Source: Eledone cirrhosa
Taxonomy: Eukaryota
Direction: 5' to 3'
Length of the DNA: 64,000 nucleotides
Assembly (NCBI GenBank): GCA_964016885.1
Contig: OZ024753.1
Coordinates: forward strand, 16,740,001-16,804,000
The notes under the pieces were generated by a model. That model was not told the DNA's origin, did no database searches, and saw only the letters and a list, made by a program, of their open reading frames with translations. Below are positions 28,503 through 41,400 of this stretch, piece after piece. A program made the translations under genes and the position numbers. Each line of letters starts with the position of its first letter. The stretch's first letter is position 1.

Positions 28503-30878
28503 TCATCATCATCATCATCATCACCGTTTTACGTCCGTTCTTCCACACTAGCATGGGTTAGATGGGTTGTCCTGTTGTGGGCAGTGTCTGGTCGGCTGAC
28601 AATGCCTTGCTCATACAGGAACTGATTTGGCTTGATTTCTACAGCTGGATGCCCTTCCTAACACCAACCTCATTTACAGTGAGTGCTGGGTGCTTTTTCG
28701 TGGCGCCTACACGTCCACTTTACAGTGTGTGCTGGGTGCTTTTTTGCTGTGGCACCTCCACGACGTCCTTGCAGTGGGGTGTGTGGGGGCATATTGTCTA
28801 TATGCTTCAGCTTGTACCCATGGGAGGTCGGGTACTCTGTATTACTGCATGACGCCAGAAGTCACGGTCGTGTGTCATCGCCTTTGAGAGGTGTAATTGG
28901 GTAAGGTCGGCTTTTATCACCTCATCCCAGGTCATCTTGGGTCTCCCCACTCTGCGGTTTCCATCAACTTCTAGTTCTCTGCACCTTTTTATGCAGCTGT
29001 CATCCTTCATACGCATCACATGTCCATACCAGCGCAACCGCCTCTCCTGCACACAGCATTTGATTCCTCTTATGCTCAGTCTCTCTCTCAGTTCATTTAT
29101 GCTTTGTCGTTCACGTATATTACTGTTACACATCCATCAGAGCATGTAGGCTTCGTTTCTCTCTAATCTACGTAAGTCTTCCACCTTCAGCGCCCAGGTC
29201 TCACTACCATGCAACATTGCTTTTTCGGATACACGCATCATACAGTCTGCCTTTCATTCTGAGGGAGAAGCCTTTTGCAGCTAGCAGTGGTAGTAGTTCC
29301 CTAAACTTCTTCCATCCCGTTCTTACCCTAGTTATTGTACTTTCTGAACACTCACCTCCGCTGCTAATTTGGTCACCTAGGTAGCAGAAGCTGTCTACTG
29401 TTTCTACAGAGCCCTCCCATAGATTGGTGGTACTTGTTTCCTGTGGCTGTTTGCTGCTTGCTGTCTCAGCACAGCTGCTGCATGTGAAGCCTACATTCTT
29501 AATTAAGCTTCCTGAGATCCCGCTACATCTCTTGTGTACCCATTGTTTGCATTTGGGTCAGAGAATGGAGTTCCAACCTACACCTTTCCTACATACTGAG
29601 CAAGGCCATTTCCCTGAGGGGATCTGGGTTCTGTTTTCTCGTCTACTTACAAGGACCTTAGTCTTTGTCATGTTGACTTTGAGACCCTTTCTTTCTAGTC
29701 CCTGCTTCCAAGTTTGGAATTTATTCTCTAGTTCTACCATAGATTCAGCTATGAGTGCAAGGTCATCAGCATACAGGAGTTCCCATGGGCATCCGGTCTT
29801 AAACTCCTCCGTTATTGCCTGCAGGACTATGAAGGAACAGGAGGGGGCTAAGAACAGAGCCCTAGTGGACCTCAACCTGTACGCTAAATTCCTCGCTATA
29901 CTCATTGCTAATCCTAACTTTGCTGACTGCTCCCCTATACATGGCTTGTACCGCTTTCACAAGCCATTCATCTACTCCTAGTTTTCTAAGAGCCCACCAG
30001 ATTACAGCAAGTGGAACTCTGTCAAAGGCTTTCTCAAGGTTGACAAATGCCAAGTAGAGTGGCTTACTTTTAGCTAGGTACTTTTCCTCTAACTGCCTCA
30101 CAAGGAAGAGGGCATCAGTGGTGCCTCTTCCTGGTACAAACCCAAATTGCATCTCGTCTATTTTCACCCGGTCCCTAATCAACTGTGCTATAACTCGTTC
30201 TGTTACTTTCATGACCTGGTCCATCAACTTTATACCTCTATAGTTTCCTCTATCTAGTGCATCGCCTTTACCTTTGTAGCAGTTGACAATGATGCTACTC
30301 CACCAATCTTTTGGTATGACACCTAGTATTACCTGGTTAACAATACGTGTGGTTATAGTGTGACCTACAGACCCAGATGCCTTCAGCATCTCGGCAGCTA
30401 TACCCGATGGACCGGTTGCCTTCCCCATCTTCATATCTTTGATTGCCTTACTTACTAAGTTGCTGCTGACCTGTACTGCTGGCCCCTCTATAGGGTCTAC
30501 TTGGGGTAGGGTCTCTTCTTCCCATGCATTCTCCTCATTTAGTAATCTATTATAATGACTCTTCCATGCATCTTTCTTCTCAGCACTTGTGAGGGCAAGC
30601 TCACCTTTATCATTCCGGATACACTTCTCTCCAATAACATCACAACTATCTCTGACACACTGCCTCGCAATCTTGAATACCTCCTGTTTCTGGTCCTCGT
30701 GTTGCAAAACATGCTTGAATTTTCTATCCTCTGCTTCCCTCCTAGCTAAGTATACTTGTCGCCTAGCTTCCCTCTTGGTCTCTATGTAATGTACCCTGCT
30801 CCCCCCATTCTTCCATTCTTTCCATGCCTGTCTCTTGGCCTTAACTGCTTCATCTACCTTATTGTTCCACCACCAAGT
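28503..30878 (-). mobile_element. RTE-clade LINE, 5'-truncated and frameshifted, with its 3' UTR and (GAT)n tail
   Basis: WWNNKV, GKATGPSGI, KGKGD..NYRGIKL, QFGFVPGRGTTDA, LEKAFDRVP, LLYADDL, RRLRWYGHVMR, GRPKMTW. Confidence 0.9.
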
Positions 30879-31052
30879 CATATATATATATAAATATAAA
30901 GAGAGATCGAGAGATTGAGAGATCGAGAGATGGAACCTTGAGCTGATCAATCGTGAAACGTGCGTCACTACTCAATAAATGTAATGAAGAACTAGCAAAT
31001 CATCTTTTTTATTATTAGTATATATATATAATATTATTATTATTCGATAAGG

Positions 31053-31246
31053 GCCGTGGATTGGCAGTATCGGTAGAAGGTCGGACGCCATGCTTTCCAG
31101 CATAGTTACGTCCCTTTACGATCTGAGTTCAAATCCCGCCGAGGTTGACTTTGCCTTTCATCCTTACGGGGGTCGATAAAATAAAGTACCAGTAATGCAC
31201 TGGGTAATTGCTGGCCTTGTGCCTAAAGTAGAAACAATTATTATTA
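31053..31246 (+). mobile_element. SINE family B (Meta-domain-like), full-length example
   Basis: TGGCAGTATCGG A box, GAGTTCAAATCC B box, GCCTTTCATCCTTACGGGGTCGATAAAATAAAGTACCAG (MetaSINE-like domain), (ATT)n tail. Confidence 0.82.
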
Positions 31247-31383
31247 TTCGATATAAGACTCATGAATGTATTTCAACTTTGAATTATTTATGTCAACATG
31301 AGTGGACCTGTTAATTTTATCTAAAGACATTTTTTGCAATTCCAACTCGCCCGTCCCTTCAATCTATCTTATTTCTCATTCTT

Positions 31384-31419
31384 TCTTCTGATGAAGGACT
31401 AGCATCCAAAACGTCAAGA
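31384..31419 (+). ncRNA. Degenerate minimal hammerhead, same family as 7930
   Basis: TCTT-CTGATGA-AGGACTAGCATCC-AAAACGTC-AAGA; core G12 is mutated to A, GUC triplet present. Confidence 0.45.
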
Positions 31420-31504
31420 CCCTCTTCCTGCTATTTCAAGCATTAACCTAATATATTCCTTCCATATACTGTACCGATTGTGTTGTTATTTCTGTTTACC
31501 TTTT

Positions 31505-31564
<60 letters not shown>

Positions 31565-31661
31565 AAATGAAGTAATTCCGTCGGAAAAGTCCAGGAAAAA
31601 AGAGTGCTCTATGTAGGTAACAGAGCTTAATAGTTATGTAATAAACAACATAAGGCAATTA

Positions 31662-31721
31662 TTCCATTTACCAGTGGTTTCTTAAAAGCAAAAGATTTTG
31701 CTTTCAATCATCAGAATGAAA
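31662..31721 (-). ncRNA. Hammerhead ribozyme, GAAACCACTGGTA family
   Basis: TTTCATT-CTGATGA-TTGAAAGCAAAA..TTTTGCTTTTAA-GAAACCACTGGTA-AATGGAA. Confidence 0.7.
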
Positions 31722-31786
31722 AAATCCTGGTCTCTATATATATATAAATAAATATACACGGGTGTGTATGATTGTGTATAGAAGAT

Positions 31787-32034
31787 TATATTAATAAAAG
31801 GAATTCCAACTTTGTCTGATTTACTCGTTTTATTTACAATCCTTTAAAATTATAATGATATTATAATGAAATAGTATGGTGGAATATTAAATGTTAAGTG
31901 TTAATTGAACAAGAACTTTCATGCTTTCGCAATCTTCAGGTTCATAATCTGTGGTGACAGTCAAGTTTGCAATTTTCAACTGTGAAAATAAAAGGAGTAA
32001 ATCAGACAAAGTTGGAATTCCTTTTATTAATATA
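31787..32034. mobile_element. MITE-like element with ~50-bp terminal inverted repeats
   Basis: tatattaataaaaggaattccaactttgtctgatttactc / gagtaaatcagacaaagttggaattccttttattaatata. Confidence 0.7.
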
Positions 32035-32551
32035 TATATATATATGAAATGCATTCTTGAGTTTTATATCGTATAATAATTGTTTCTACTTTTGACACAA
32101 GGCCAGCAAAAACCCAGTGTATTACTGGTACAATATTTGATTAGATTGTAAACAAACAGCCTCATTACGTTATGTTTTTAGATGACCATCGATATTATTT
32201 CTAGTGGTGACTCAGAGAAACAATCAATTTGAAAGATATTTGTAGAGAGAGAGGGGGGACAGAGAGACAGAAAGAGTGAGAGAAAGAAACAGGGAGAGAG
32301 ATACAGTCATTTATCGTTTGAGAGACACATAGTATTAACATAGTATATATATATATATATATATAACAAAAAGGGTGTGGTAAGATACCAGGTGGACCAT
32401 AACTCACCAGAGTACTCAATACTTAGGGTAGTAGAGTGGGTAATAGGAAAAGAGTCAGGACCCCGACAGCTGAGCTCCGGCCATTTCGACAGCTTTATTT
32501 TGGATCTAGCTGCCGAAACAGCCGGAGCTCAGCCATCGGGGTCCTGACTCT

Positions 32552-32593
<42 letters not shown>

Positions 32594-32698
32594 AGAGTCA
32601 GGACCCCGATGACTGAGCTCCGCTTTTTTATTTCAACCTCACTTTCATTTGTCCTAAACTCTGTTTTCAAATCCATATTACTATTCTATAAAGAAATA

Positions 32699-32761
32699 TT
32701 TCTTCTGATGAATGAAGACAGACATAAATATCTGTCTTCAAGAAACCACTGGTAAATGAAA
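32699..32761 (+). ncRNA. Hammerhead ribozyme, GAAACCACTGGTA family
   Basis: TTTCTT-CTGATGA-aTGAAGACAGA..TCTGTCTTCAa-GAAACCACTGGTA-AATGAAA; stem II differs in sequence from the other copies but still pairs. Confidence 0.65.
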
Positions 32762-32789
32762 TAATTATCTTATGTTGTTTATTACATAT

Positions 32790-33215
32790 ATCATCATCAT
32801 CATCATCATACGTCCGCTTTTCCCCTGCTTGCAAGCGTGGGACGGGAACTGATTCTAGCTTGATTTCTACAGCTGGATGCCCTTCCTAACACCAACCTCA
32901 TTTACAGTGAGTGCTGGGTGATTTTTTGCCGTGGCACCTACACGACCACTTTACAGTGTCGGATGGGTGCTTTTTTGGCGTGGCACCTACATGACCACTT
33001 TGCAGTGGAATGATAGGGACTGGGGTCCCTATCATTCCACTGCAAAGTGGTCATGTAGGTGCCAGTCCCTATCATCTCATTTCTACAGCTGAGTAAATTG
33101 GAGCAACATGAAATAAAGTGTCTTTCTCAAGGAAACAACACATCACCCGGTCTGAGAATTGAACTCACAACCTTTCGATTGCAAGGCCAATGCTCTAACC
33201 ACTAAGCCATGTGCC
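32790..33215 (-). mobile_element. SINE family A with an internal inverted duplication
   Basis: Identity to other copies; perfect hairpin at 32981-33064. Confidence 0.85.
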
Positions 33216-33278
33216 TATATCTATATATAGTAAAAGAATGAGGAATAACATGGTCGGCTGTACAAAAGGGTTTATTTA

Positions 33279-33391
33279 CAGTATTAATAATTGTTTCATT
33301 AATCAGGTGAGTCTAAAAGCCACTGATCGTTAGAAGTTACATCACTCGACCTTAATTACAGTCCCTGCCCGATCAAATCATCAGAATACTG
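33279..33391 (-). ncRNA. Degenerate hammerhead with long stem II
   Basis: Minus strand reads CAGTATT-CTGATGA-TTTGATCGG...CCTGATTAAT-GAAACAATTATT-AATACTG, followed by AATAAA; perfect 7-bp stem I. Confidence 0.5.
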
Positions 33392-33658
33392 ATGGATTAC
33401 CTTAAACGATACTTTAATTTTTATATGATAATAAAAACTATGGATGTGATTTAGGTAGACATCATACCACCAGAATTTAAAGAACCATGACCACAAAGTT
33501 TTATCTGCCATGCTAATGATTCTCCCAATCATTACTTTATTAATCTTACTTCACAATGATTGTCTTTCCTTATATATATCTTTGAGTGCCTTTACCATAT
33601 TTATATATATTTATATTTTGTTTCTATTTACAGCTGAAACTGAACGGATATTAAAAGC

Positions 33659-35198
33659 ATGGAATATTCTTCGGCAGCATACAGTAGGATTGACGCCATT
33701 TGTGCCAAACTTAAGACCAGCTGTAGCAATGCCATTCCTGTATCAACTAATGTCGTTGTTAGCAAAGGTTTGAACAAAGTGCAGAGGAGTAGTCCAGGGT
33801 CTTGTTACTCATCAGATGATCACACATTACAGCAATGGTCTTGCAGTAGTCGTCGTAAAAGGCGGAAATCTCGGAGGCCTTGCAACATCTTTCATTTATG
33901 GAGAATTTCTGAGGGCCAAGCCCTGTCTGATAACGAAGGTGAAGGTGATGAAGAGGGAGAGGGAAGAAACGAATCTTGGTTAAGGGCAGATGGCAAAGAA
34001 ATAGAAGAAGAGGAGTTGAAGAATGAAAGTTATAATACGCCTCTACTACAGGAAGAATATTCTAGCTTCAGCCAAACGAAGGAGTACTGTGATGATGATG
34101 ATGATGTTGTTGATGATGATGATGATGAGAGTTTTTTACCTGTTACTGAAAGCAGCCCTTTTGTAAATGATGCTTCTTCAGCATTAACAGTATGTCGTCT
34201 GTATACGGCAAACGCCTGTGATACAATGGGGGGCAGTCCTGAGTTAAGGCGGAGTAACAGCAGCCCCTGTGAGTTTGTTCCATTAGATTTAACTGTAAAC
34301 AAATCTAAAAATGACAACATGGAACACAGACATTCTCCAGCTGCCAATATTCTAGAAAATTCTTCTTCGAATTCTTCCTCTGTCTCTTCTTCATCAGCTT
34401 CATCGTTTTCCTCGTGTACTGAATCGCAGTGTTCCGATGTGCCTTGTCAGTCAACACCTGTTGTTGCAGCAGGGTCGTTAACACCACAACATACAGGTCC
34501 AGGTAACGAAATAGTGCCGTCGGCTGTATCACAACAACAACAACAACTACAACAACAACAGCAGCAACAACAACAACAGAAACATCATCATCATAATCAC
34601 CATCATCATCACCACCACCACCACCATCAACATCCACAACAGCAACAACCACATCATCACCATCATCGTCATCCTCACCACCACCATCATCATCATCACC
34701 ATCATCAACAGCAGCAGCAGCAACAACAGCAGCAGCAGCAACAGCAGCAGCAGCAGTCAAGAAATGGTCCCAATGCCTTATTGAAAGATTATGCCGAAAG
34801 CACAATGAATAAAGTATTAAACATGTATGGCCTTACAAATGGGAGTTTGGAACAAATGGTTCCACATGGAACTCTGTCTATTGGCACCGCTACTACCACC
34901 ACTACTGGTAGCAGCAGCAACACACCACTTAACATGGAACATAGGTCTATGTCAGTTAGTCCTGATGTATCTTCGTCAGTGGTCGGTAATGATGACACAA
35001 CAAAGTGTTTAGAGGACCCAACTGACAGCGCTGTGGAGGGCTCTGATAAAACTGTCCCAGCTGCTCCAACAATACCAGAGAATGAAGAAGACACAGTGGA
35101 CATCAAGCCAACCCTACCATTAACCAGTTTCGATGAGAATCAGGATGTTTCAAGCCAGGATGCCATCCAGGGAGATAACAACAAACTCATTCCAGAAG
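33659..35198 (+). CDS. casz1: First coding exon of a castor/CASZ1-like zinc-finger transcription factor (N-terminal region; no zinc fingers in window)
   Basis: Acceptor tttctatttacag ends at 33633. In-frame TGA codons precede an ATG in good context (agcATGG) at 33659. Donor GAAG/gtaaaa at 35198/35199 (phase 1). Peptides RIDAICAKLK and LKDYAESTMNKVLNMYG resemble the two conserved CASZ1 N-terminal blocks as I recall them (KLNAICAKLS; LRDYAASTMTEFLGMFG). Also a basic NLS-like RRKRRKSRR, a PLDLT CtBP-type motif and polyQ/polyH tracts. Confidence 0.78.
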
Positions 35199-35429
35199 GT
35201 AAAAATATTTTTCTTGTTTTTATTTTTTTATAGGAGGGTCAGCTGAAAGGTTCATAGCCTGACCAAGATACTCTCATGGAATGACCAAATGAGGTATATT
35301 TTTCAACATAGTCCCAAGAAAGAAATCATGTAGTTATTAATAAAAGTTGAAATTAATGCATACAAGATTTCACACCACTAGCATCACTCCTTCATAATCA
35401 GTCTATGAATTATTCAGCCAAACTTGATA

Positions 35430-36085
35430 TATCTATCTATCTATCTAGTGCGGGTAAACTTCCCGAGATCCATGGATGAGTTCTCTCCAGCGGTTTCTGT
35501 CCCTCATCATCGCCACCATGTCCTGCATCTCCCTGAGACCTGTGTCTGTCTCTAGGGCATCAACATATGTCATCCTCGATCCCCCTCTTCCAGTGTGTCC
35601 GTGTAGGGGCTCTCACAGGAGCACTGAGTGCAGTGTCAACTCTGGATGTTGGTGAGCATGTCCAGCTAACTTCAGTCTCCTCTGTGTTACTTTCGAGCTG
35701 ACCTTTGGGAGGCTCCCGTACAGCTCTGAGTTCTTCATCCTCAGTGTATACTGATTAATGTTCAGAGCCATCCTCAGCATTCTCGTGTAGCACCCATCCA
35801 ACATCTGAGGGAGTTTCTTGGTCAGTGTCCAAGTCTCAGACCCGTACAGTAGCACAGACTCCACTGTAGCGACGAAGAGATGGATCTTCAGGTCTTTACA
35901 AAGGTCCAACTTCTGCACTGATCTCAAACTGTGGCATGCCACCCAGGCTTTGCTCTTCCTCTCAGACACATCATCCTCTGTGTTCCTAATCTTTGTTCCC
36001 AGATACAGGAAGTCCTCAACCAACTCTAACGGCTTCCCGCCTACATTCATAATCTTCTCTGGCTTTTTAATATTCTCTACCAGAT
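35430..36085 (-). mobile_element. RTE-like LINE 3' fragment, same family as 6960-7465, (GATA)n tail
   Basis: VEDFLYLG, VESVLLYGSETWTL, RRLKLAGH; premature stop. Confidence 0.85.
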
Positions 36086-36104
36086 ACGTCATCTTAATCT
36101 CATA

Positions 36105-36420
36105 TCATCATCATCATTTTACGTCCACTTTTCTCTGCTTGCAAGGGTGGGACGGGAACTGATTCTGGCTTGATTTCTACAGCTGGATGCCCTTCCTAAC
36201 ACCAACCTCATTTACAGTGAGTGGTGGGTGCTTTTTTTTTCCATAGCACCTCCATGACCACTTTGCAGTGGAATGATAGGGACCCCAGTCCCTATCATCT
36301 CATTTCTACAGCTGAGTAAACTGGAGCAATGTGAAATAAAATGTCTTGCTCAAGGAAACAACACATCACCCGGTCTGAGAATTGAACTCACAACCTTTTG
36401 ATTGCAAGCCCAATGCTCTA
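36105..36420 (-). mobile_element. SINE family A
   Basis: Identity to other copies. Confidence 0.85.
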
Positions 36421-36864
36421 GGTCAACAAAGGCTAAGTATAGTGGCTTATATTTCTCTAAGAACCTCTCTTGTAATTGGCTCACCAAGAAGAGGGAAAAA
36501 GTGGACGTAAAATGAAATGACGATGATGATGTTGAAGTCCGTTATTACTCCTTATCAGTCCATAAAATACTTAGCAAACACTCTAAACAGAATGCCAACC
36601 TTCACTCATTTCTGCTGCTAAACCAACCCGTGACTCACCCTTCCAAACCTGACTGCAATAACCACCAAATGGAGGCAGACAGTCATACATATACATATAT
36701 ATATATATTTCTACATTTCTCTATTTCCAATTTGTATATGTAGGTGTGTTTAAAGTCTGACTGTGTGTACGTATATTTATATTTGTGTGTATGTATGTCC
36801 AACCCATGGTAGCGTGGAAGATGGACGTTAAATGATGATGATGATGATGATTTATGTGCATGCA

Positions 36865-36987
<123 letters not shown>

Positions 36988-37327
36988 CATGGCTTAGTGG
37001 TTAGAGCATTGGCCTTGCAATCGAAAGGTTGTGAGTTCAATTCTCAGACCAGGTGATGTGTTGTTTCCTTGAGCAAGACACTTTATTTCACATTGCTCCA
37101 GTTTACTCAGCTGTGGAAATGAGATGATAGGGACTGGGGTCCCTATCATCATTCCACTGTAAAGTGGTCGTGGAGGTGTCATGGCAAAAAAGCACCCAGC
37201 ACTCACTGTAAATGAGGTTGGTGTTAGGAAGGGCATCCAGCTGTAGAAATCAAACCAGAAACAGTTCCCGTCCCACCCTTGCAAGCAGGGAAAAGCGGAC
37301 GTAAAATGATGATGATGATGATGATGA
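36988..37327 (+). mobile_element. SINE family A
   Basis: Identity to other copies. Confidence 0.85.
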
Positions 37328-37635
37328 TATATCTTTATCCTTCTTTCTGGCACTCTCTCATATATATATATGCATATACACATACATGTACATATATTCT
37401 CTGCCTTACATATATACAGCTATGTCTAACAGTAACAGCAACAACCTGCAGCTGATTAATAAAGCACCTGCCTTAGCAGCAGCTCTTGTCACCTGTACAG
37501 GTAAGAAGAGGAAGTTATCATTTGCTACACTTTACAGAAGATTGAAACATCAAACAATAATTTCAAATGAAATCACACAGTCAGACTTTAAACCCACCTG
37601 CATATACAAATTGGAAATATATACAAATAGAGAGA

Positions 37636-37685
<50 letters not shown>

Positions 37686-37739
37686 TATAGTTATATATAT
37701 ATTTATATATATATATATGTATATATATGTATATATATG

Positions 37740-37771
<32 letters not shown>

Positions 37772-37773
37772 TA

Positions 37774-37811
<38 letters not shown>

Positions 37812-37995
37812 TATATATATTTATATATATGTATATATATGTATATATATGTATATATATATATGTATATATATATATGTATATATATATGTATGTATAT
37901 ATGTATATATATATGTATATATATGTATATATATATATGTATGTATATATATATATGTATATATATGTATGTATATATATGTATATATATGTATG

Positions 37996-38030
<35 letters not shown>

Positions 38031-38080
38031 ATATATATGTCATCATCATCATCATGACATATATATACATATATATATAC

Positions 38081-38112
<32 letters not shown>

Positions 38113-38113
38113 G

Positions 38114-38170
<57 letters not shown>

Positions 38171-38410
38171 ATATATGTATGTATATGAATAATGATAATA
38201 TATTTATGAAAATAAAATTGAAGTCCAAATTAATGATGTCAAATCTGTCTTTACAATTATGATAATAATTGTCTCTACTTTAGTCCCAAGGCCAGCAATT
38301 TGAGGGGAAGGGGGGAAGTCGAGCAAAGAAAAACAGACTTGCTAGGAACAGCAATGTTTCTAAGGAGGGTGTGGGAAAGTTGAAGGAGAAAGAGTGACCC
38401 AAAGGACCTC

Positions 38411-41400
38411 TGGCCATTGGCTATGGCTTCGTCTTTTGGTATAGTGTTGATATAACATCTGCCAGATATGGTCATTGGCTATGGCTTGGTCTTTTGGTAT
38501 AGTGTTGATATAACATCTGCCAGATATGGTCATTGGCTATGGCTTGGTCTTTTGGTGTAGTGTTGATATAACATCTGCCAGATCTGGCCATTGGCTATGG
38601 CTTCGTCTTTTGGTGTAGTGTTGATATAACATCTGCCAGATCTGGCCATTGGCTATAACTTGGTCTTTTGGTGTAGTGTTGATATAACATCTGCCAGATC
38701 TGGCCATTGGCTATAACTTGGTCTTTTGGTGTAGTGTTGATATAACATCTGCCAGGTCTGGCCATTGGCTATGGCTTGGTCTTTTGGTGTAGTGTTGATA
38801 TAACATCTGCCAGGTCTGGCCATTGGCTATGGCTTCGTCTTTTGGTGTAGTGTTGATATAACATCTGCCAGATCTGGCCATTGGCTATGGCTTGGTCTTT
38901 TGGTATAGTGTTGATATAACATCTGCCAGGTCTGGCCATTGGCTATGGCTTCGTCTTTTGGTGTAGTGTTGATATAACATCTGCCAGATCTGGCCATTGG
39001 CTATGGCTTGGTCTTTTGGTATAGTGTTGATATAACATCTGCCAGGTCTGGCCATTGGCTATGGCTTCGTCTTTTGGTGTAGTGTTGATATAACATCTGC
39101 CAGATCTGGCCATTAGCTATGGCTTGGTCATTTGGTATAGTGTTGATATAACATCTGCCAGGTCTGGCCATTGGCTATGGCTTCGTCTTTTGGTGTAGTG
39201 TTGATATAACATCTGCCAGATCTGGCCATTGGCTATGGCTTGGTCTTTTGGTATAGTGTTGATATAACATCTGCCAGGTCTGGCCATTGGCTATGGCTTC
39301 GTCTTTTGGTGTAGTGTTGATATAACATCTGCCAGATCTGGCCATTGGCTATGGCTTGGTCTTTTGGTATAGTGTTGATATAACATCTGCCAGGTCTGGC
39401 CATTGGCTATGGCTTGGTCTTTTGGTGTAGTGTTGATATAACATCTGCCAGATCTGGCCATTGGTTATGGCTTGGTCTTTTGGTATAGTGTTGATATAAC
39501 ATCTGCCAGATCTGGCCATTGGCTATGGCTTGGTCTTTTGGTGTAGTGTTGATATAACATCTGCCAGATCTGGCCATTGGCTATGGCTTCGTCTTTTGGT
39601 GTAGTGTTGATATAACATCTGCCAGATCTGGCCATTGGCTATGGCTTGGTCTTTTGGTATAGTGTTGATATAACATCTGCCAGATCTGGCCATTGGCTAT
39701 GGCTTCGTCTTTTGGTGTAGTGTTGATATAACATCTGCCAGGTCTGGCCATTGGCTATAACTTGGTCTTTTGGTGTACTGTTGATATAACATCTGCCAGG
39801 TCTGGCCATTGGCTATGGCTTGGTCTTTTGGTGTACTGTTGATATAACATCTGCCAGATCTGGCCATTGGCTATGGCTTGGTCTTTTGGTGTAGTGTTGA
39901 TATAACATCTGCCAGATCTGGCCATTGGCTATGGCTTGGTCTTTTGGTGTAGTGTTGATATAACATCTGCCAGGTCTGGCCATTGGCTATGGCTTGGTCT
40001 TTTGGTGTAGTGTTGATATAACATCTGCCAGATCTGGCCATTGGCTATGGCTTGGTCTTTTGGTGTAGTGTTGATATAACATCTGCCAGATCTGGCCATT
40101 GGCTATGGCTTGGTCTTTTGGTGTAGTGTTGATATAACATCTGCCAGGTCTGGCCATTGGCTATGGCTTGGTCTTTTGGTATAGTGTTGATATAACATCT
40201 GCCAGGTCTGGCCATTGGCTATGGCTTGGTCTTTTGGTATAGTGTTGATATAACATCTGCCAGGTCTGGCCATTGGCTATGGCTTCGTCTTTTAGTATAG
40301 TGTTGATATAACATCTGCCAGATCTGGCCATTGGCTATAACTTGGTCTTTTGGTATAGTGTTGATATAACATCTGCCAGATCTGGCCATTGGCTATAACT
40401 TGGTCTTTTGGTGTAGTGTTGATATAACATCTGCCAGATCTGGCCATTGGCTATGGCTTGGTCTTTTGGTGTAGTGTTGATATAACATCTGCCAGATCTG
40501 GCCATTGGCTATATCTTGGTCTTTTGGTATAGTGTTGATATAACATCTGCCAGATCTGGCCATTGGCTATGGCTTGGTCTTTTGGTGTAGTGTTGATATA
40601 ACATCTGCCAGATCTGGCCATTGGCTATGGCTTGGTCTGTTGGTGTAGTGTTGATATAACATCTGCCAGATCTGGCCATTGGCTATAACTTGGTCTTTTG
40701 GTATAGTGTTGATATAACATCTGCCAGATCTGGCCATTGGCTATGGCTTGGTCTTTTGGTGTAGTGTTGATATAACATCTGCCAGATCTGGCCATTGGCT
40801 ATAACTTGGTCTTTTGGTATAGTGTTGATATAACATCTGCCAGATCTGGCCATTGGCTATGGCTTGGTCTTTTGGTGTAGTGTTGATATAACATCTGCCA
40901 GATCTGGCCATTGGCTATGGCTTGGTCTTTTGGTGTAGTGTTGATATAACATCTGCCAGATATGGTCATTGGCTATGGCTTCGTCTTTTGGTGTAGTGTT
41001 GATATAACATCTGCCAGATCTGGCCATTGGCTATAACTTGGTCTTTTGGTATAGTGTTGATATAACATCTGCCAGATCTGGCCATTGGCTATGGCTTGGT
41101 CTTTTGGTGTAGTGTTGATATAACATCTGCCAGATCTGGCCATTGGCTATAACTTGGTCTTTTGGTATAGTGTTGATATAACATCTGCCAGATCTGGCCA
41201 TTGGCTATGGCTTGGTCTTTTGGTGTAGTGTTGATATAACATCTGCCAGATCTGGCCATTGGCTATAACTTGGTCTTTTGGTATAGTGTTGATATAACAT
41301 CTGCCAGATCTGGCCATTGGCTATGGCTTGGTCTTTTGGTATAGTGTTGATATAACATCTGCCAGATCTGGCTATTGGCTATGGCTTGGTCTTTTGGTAT

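Noticed and set aside
30940-30980. CTGATCA...GAAACGTGCGTC...AATAAA
   Set aside because: The 3' half looks hammerhead-like, but the core and stems I/II are not supportable.
33510-33773. 87-aa ORF overlapping the castor exon start (AETERILKAWN...)
   Set aside because: Its start lies in intron-like sequence upstream of the acceptor and it has no recognisable motif. It could only matter as an overlapping uORF if an unseen upstream exon supplies an ATG.
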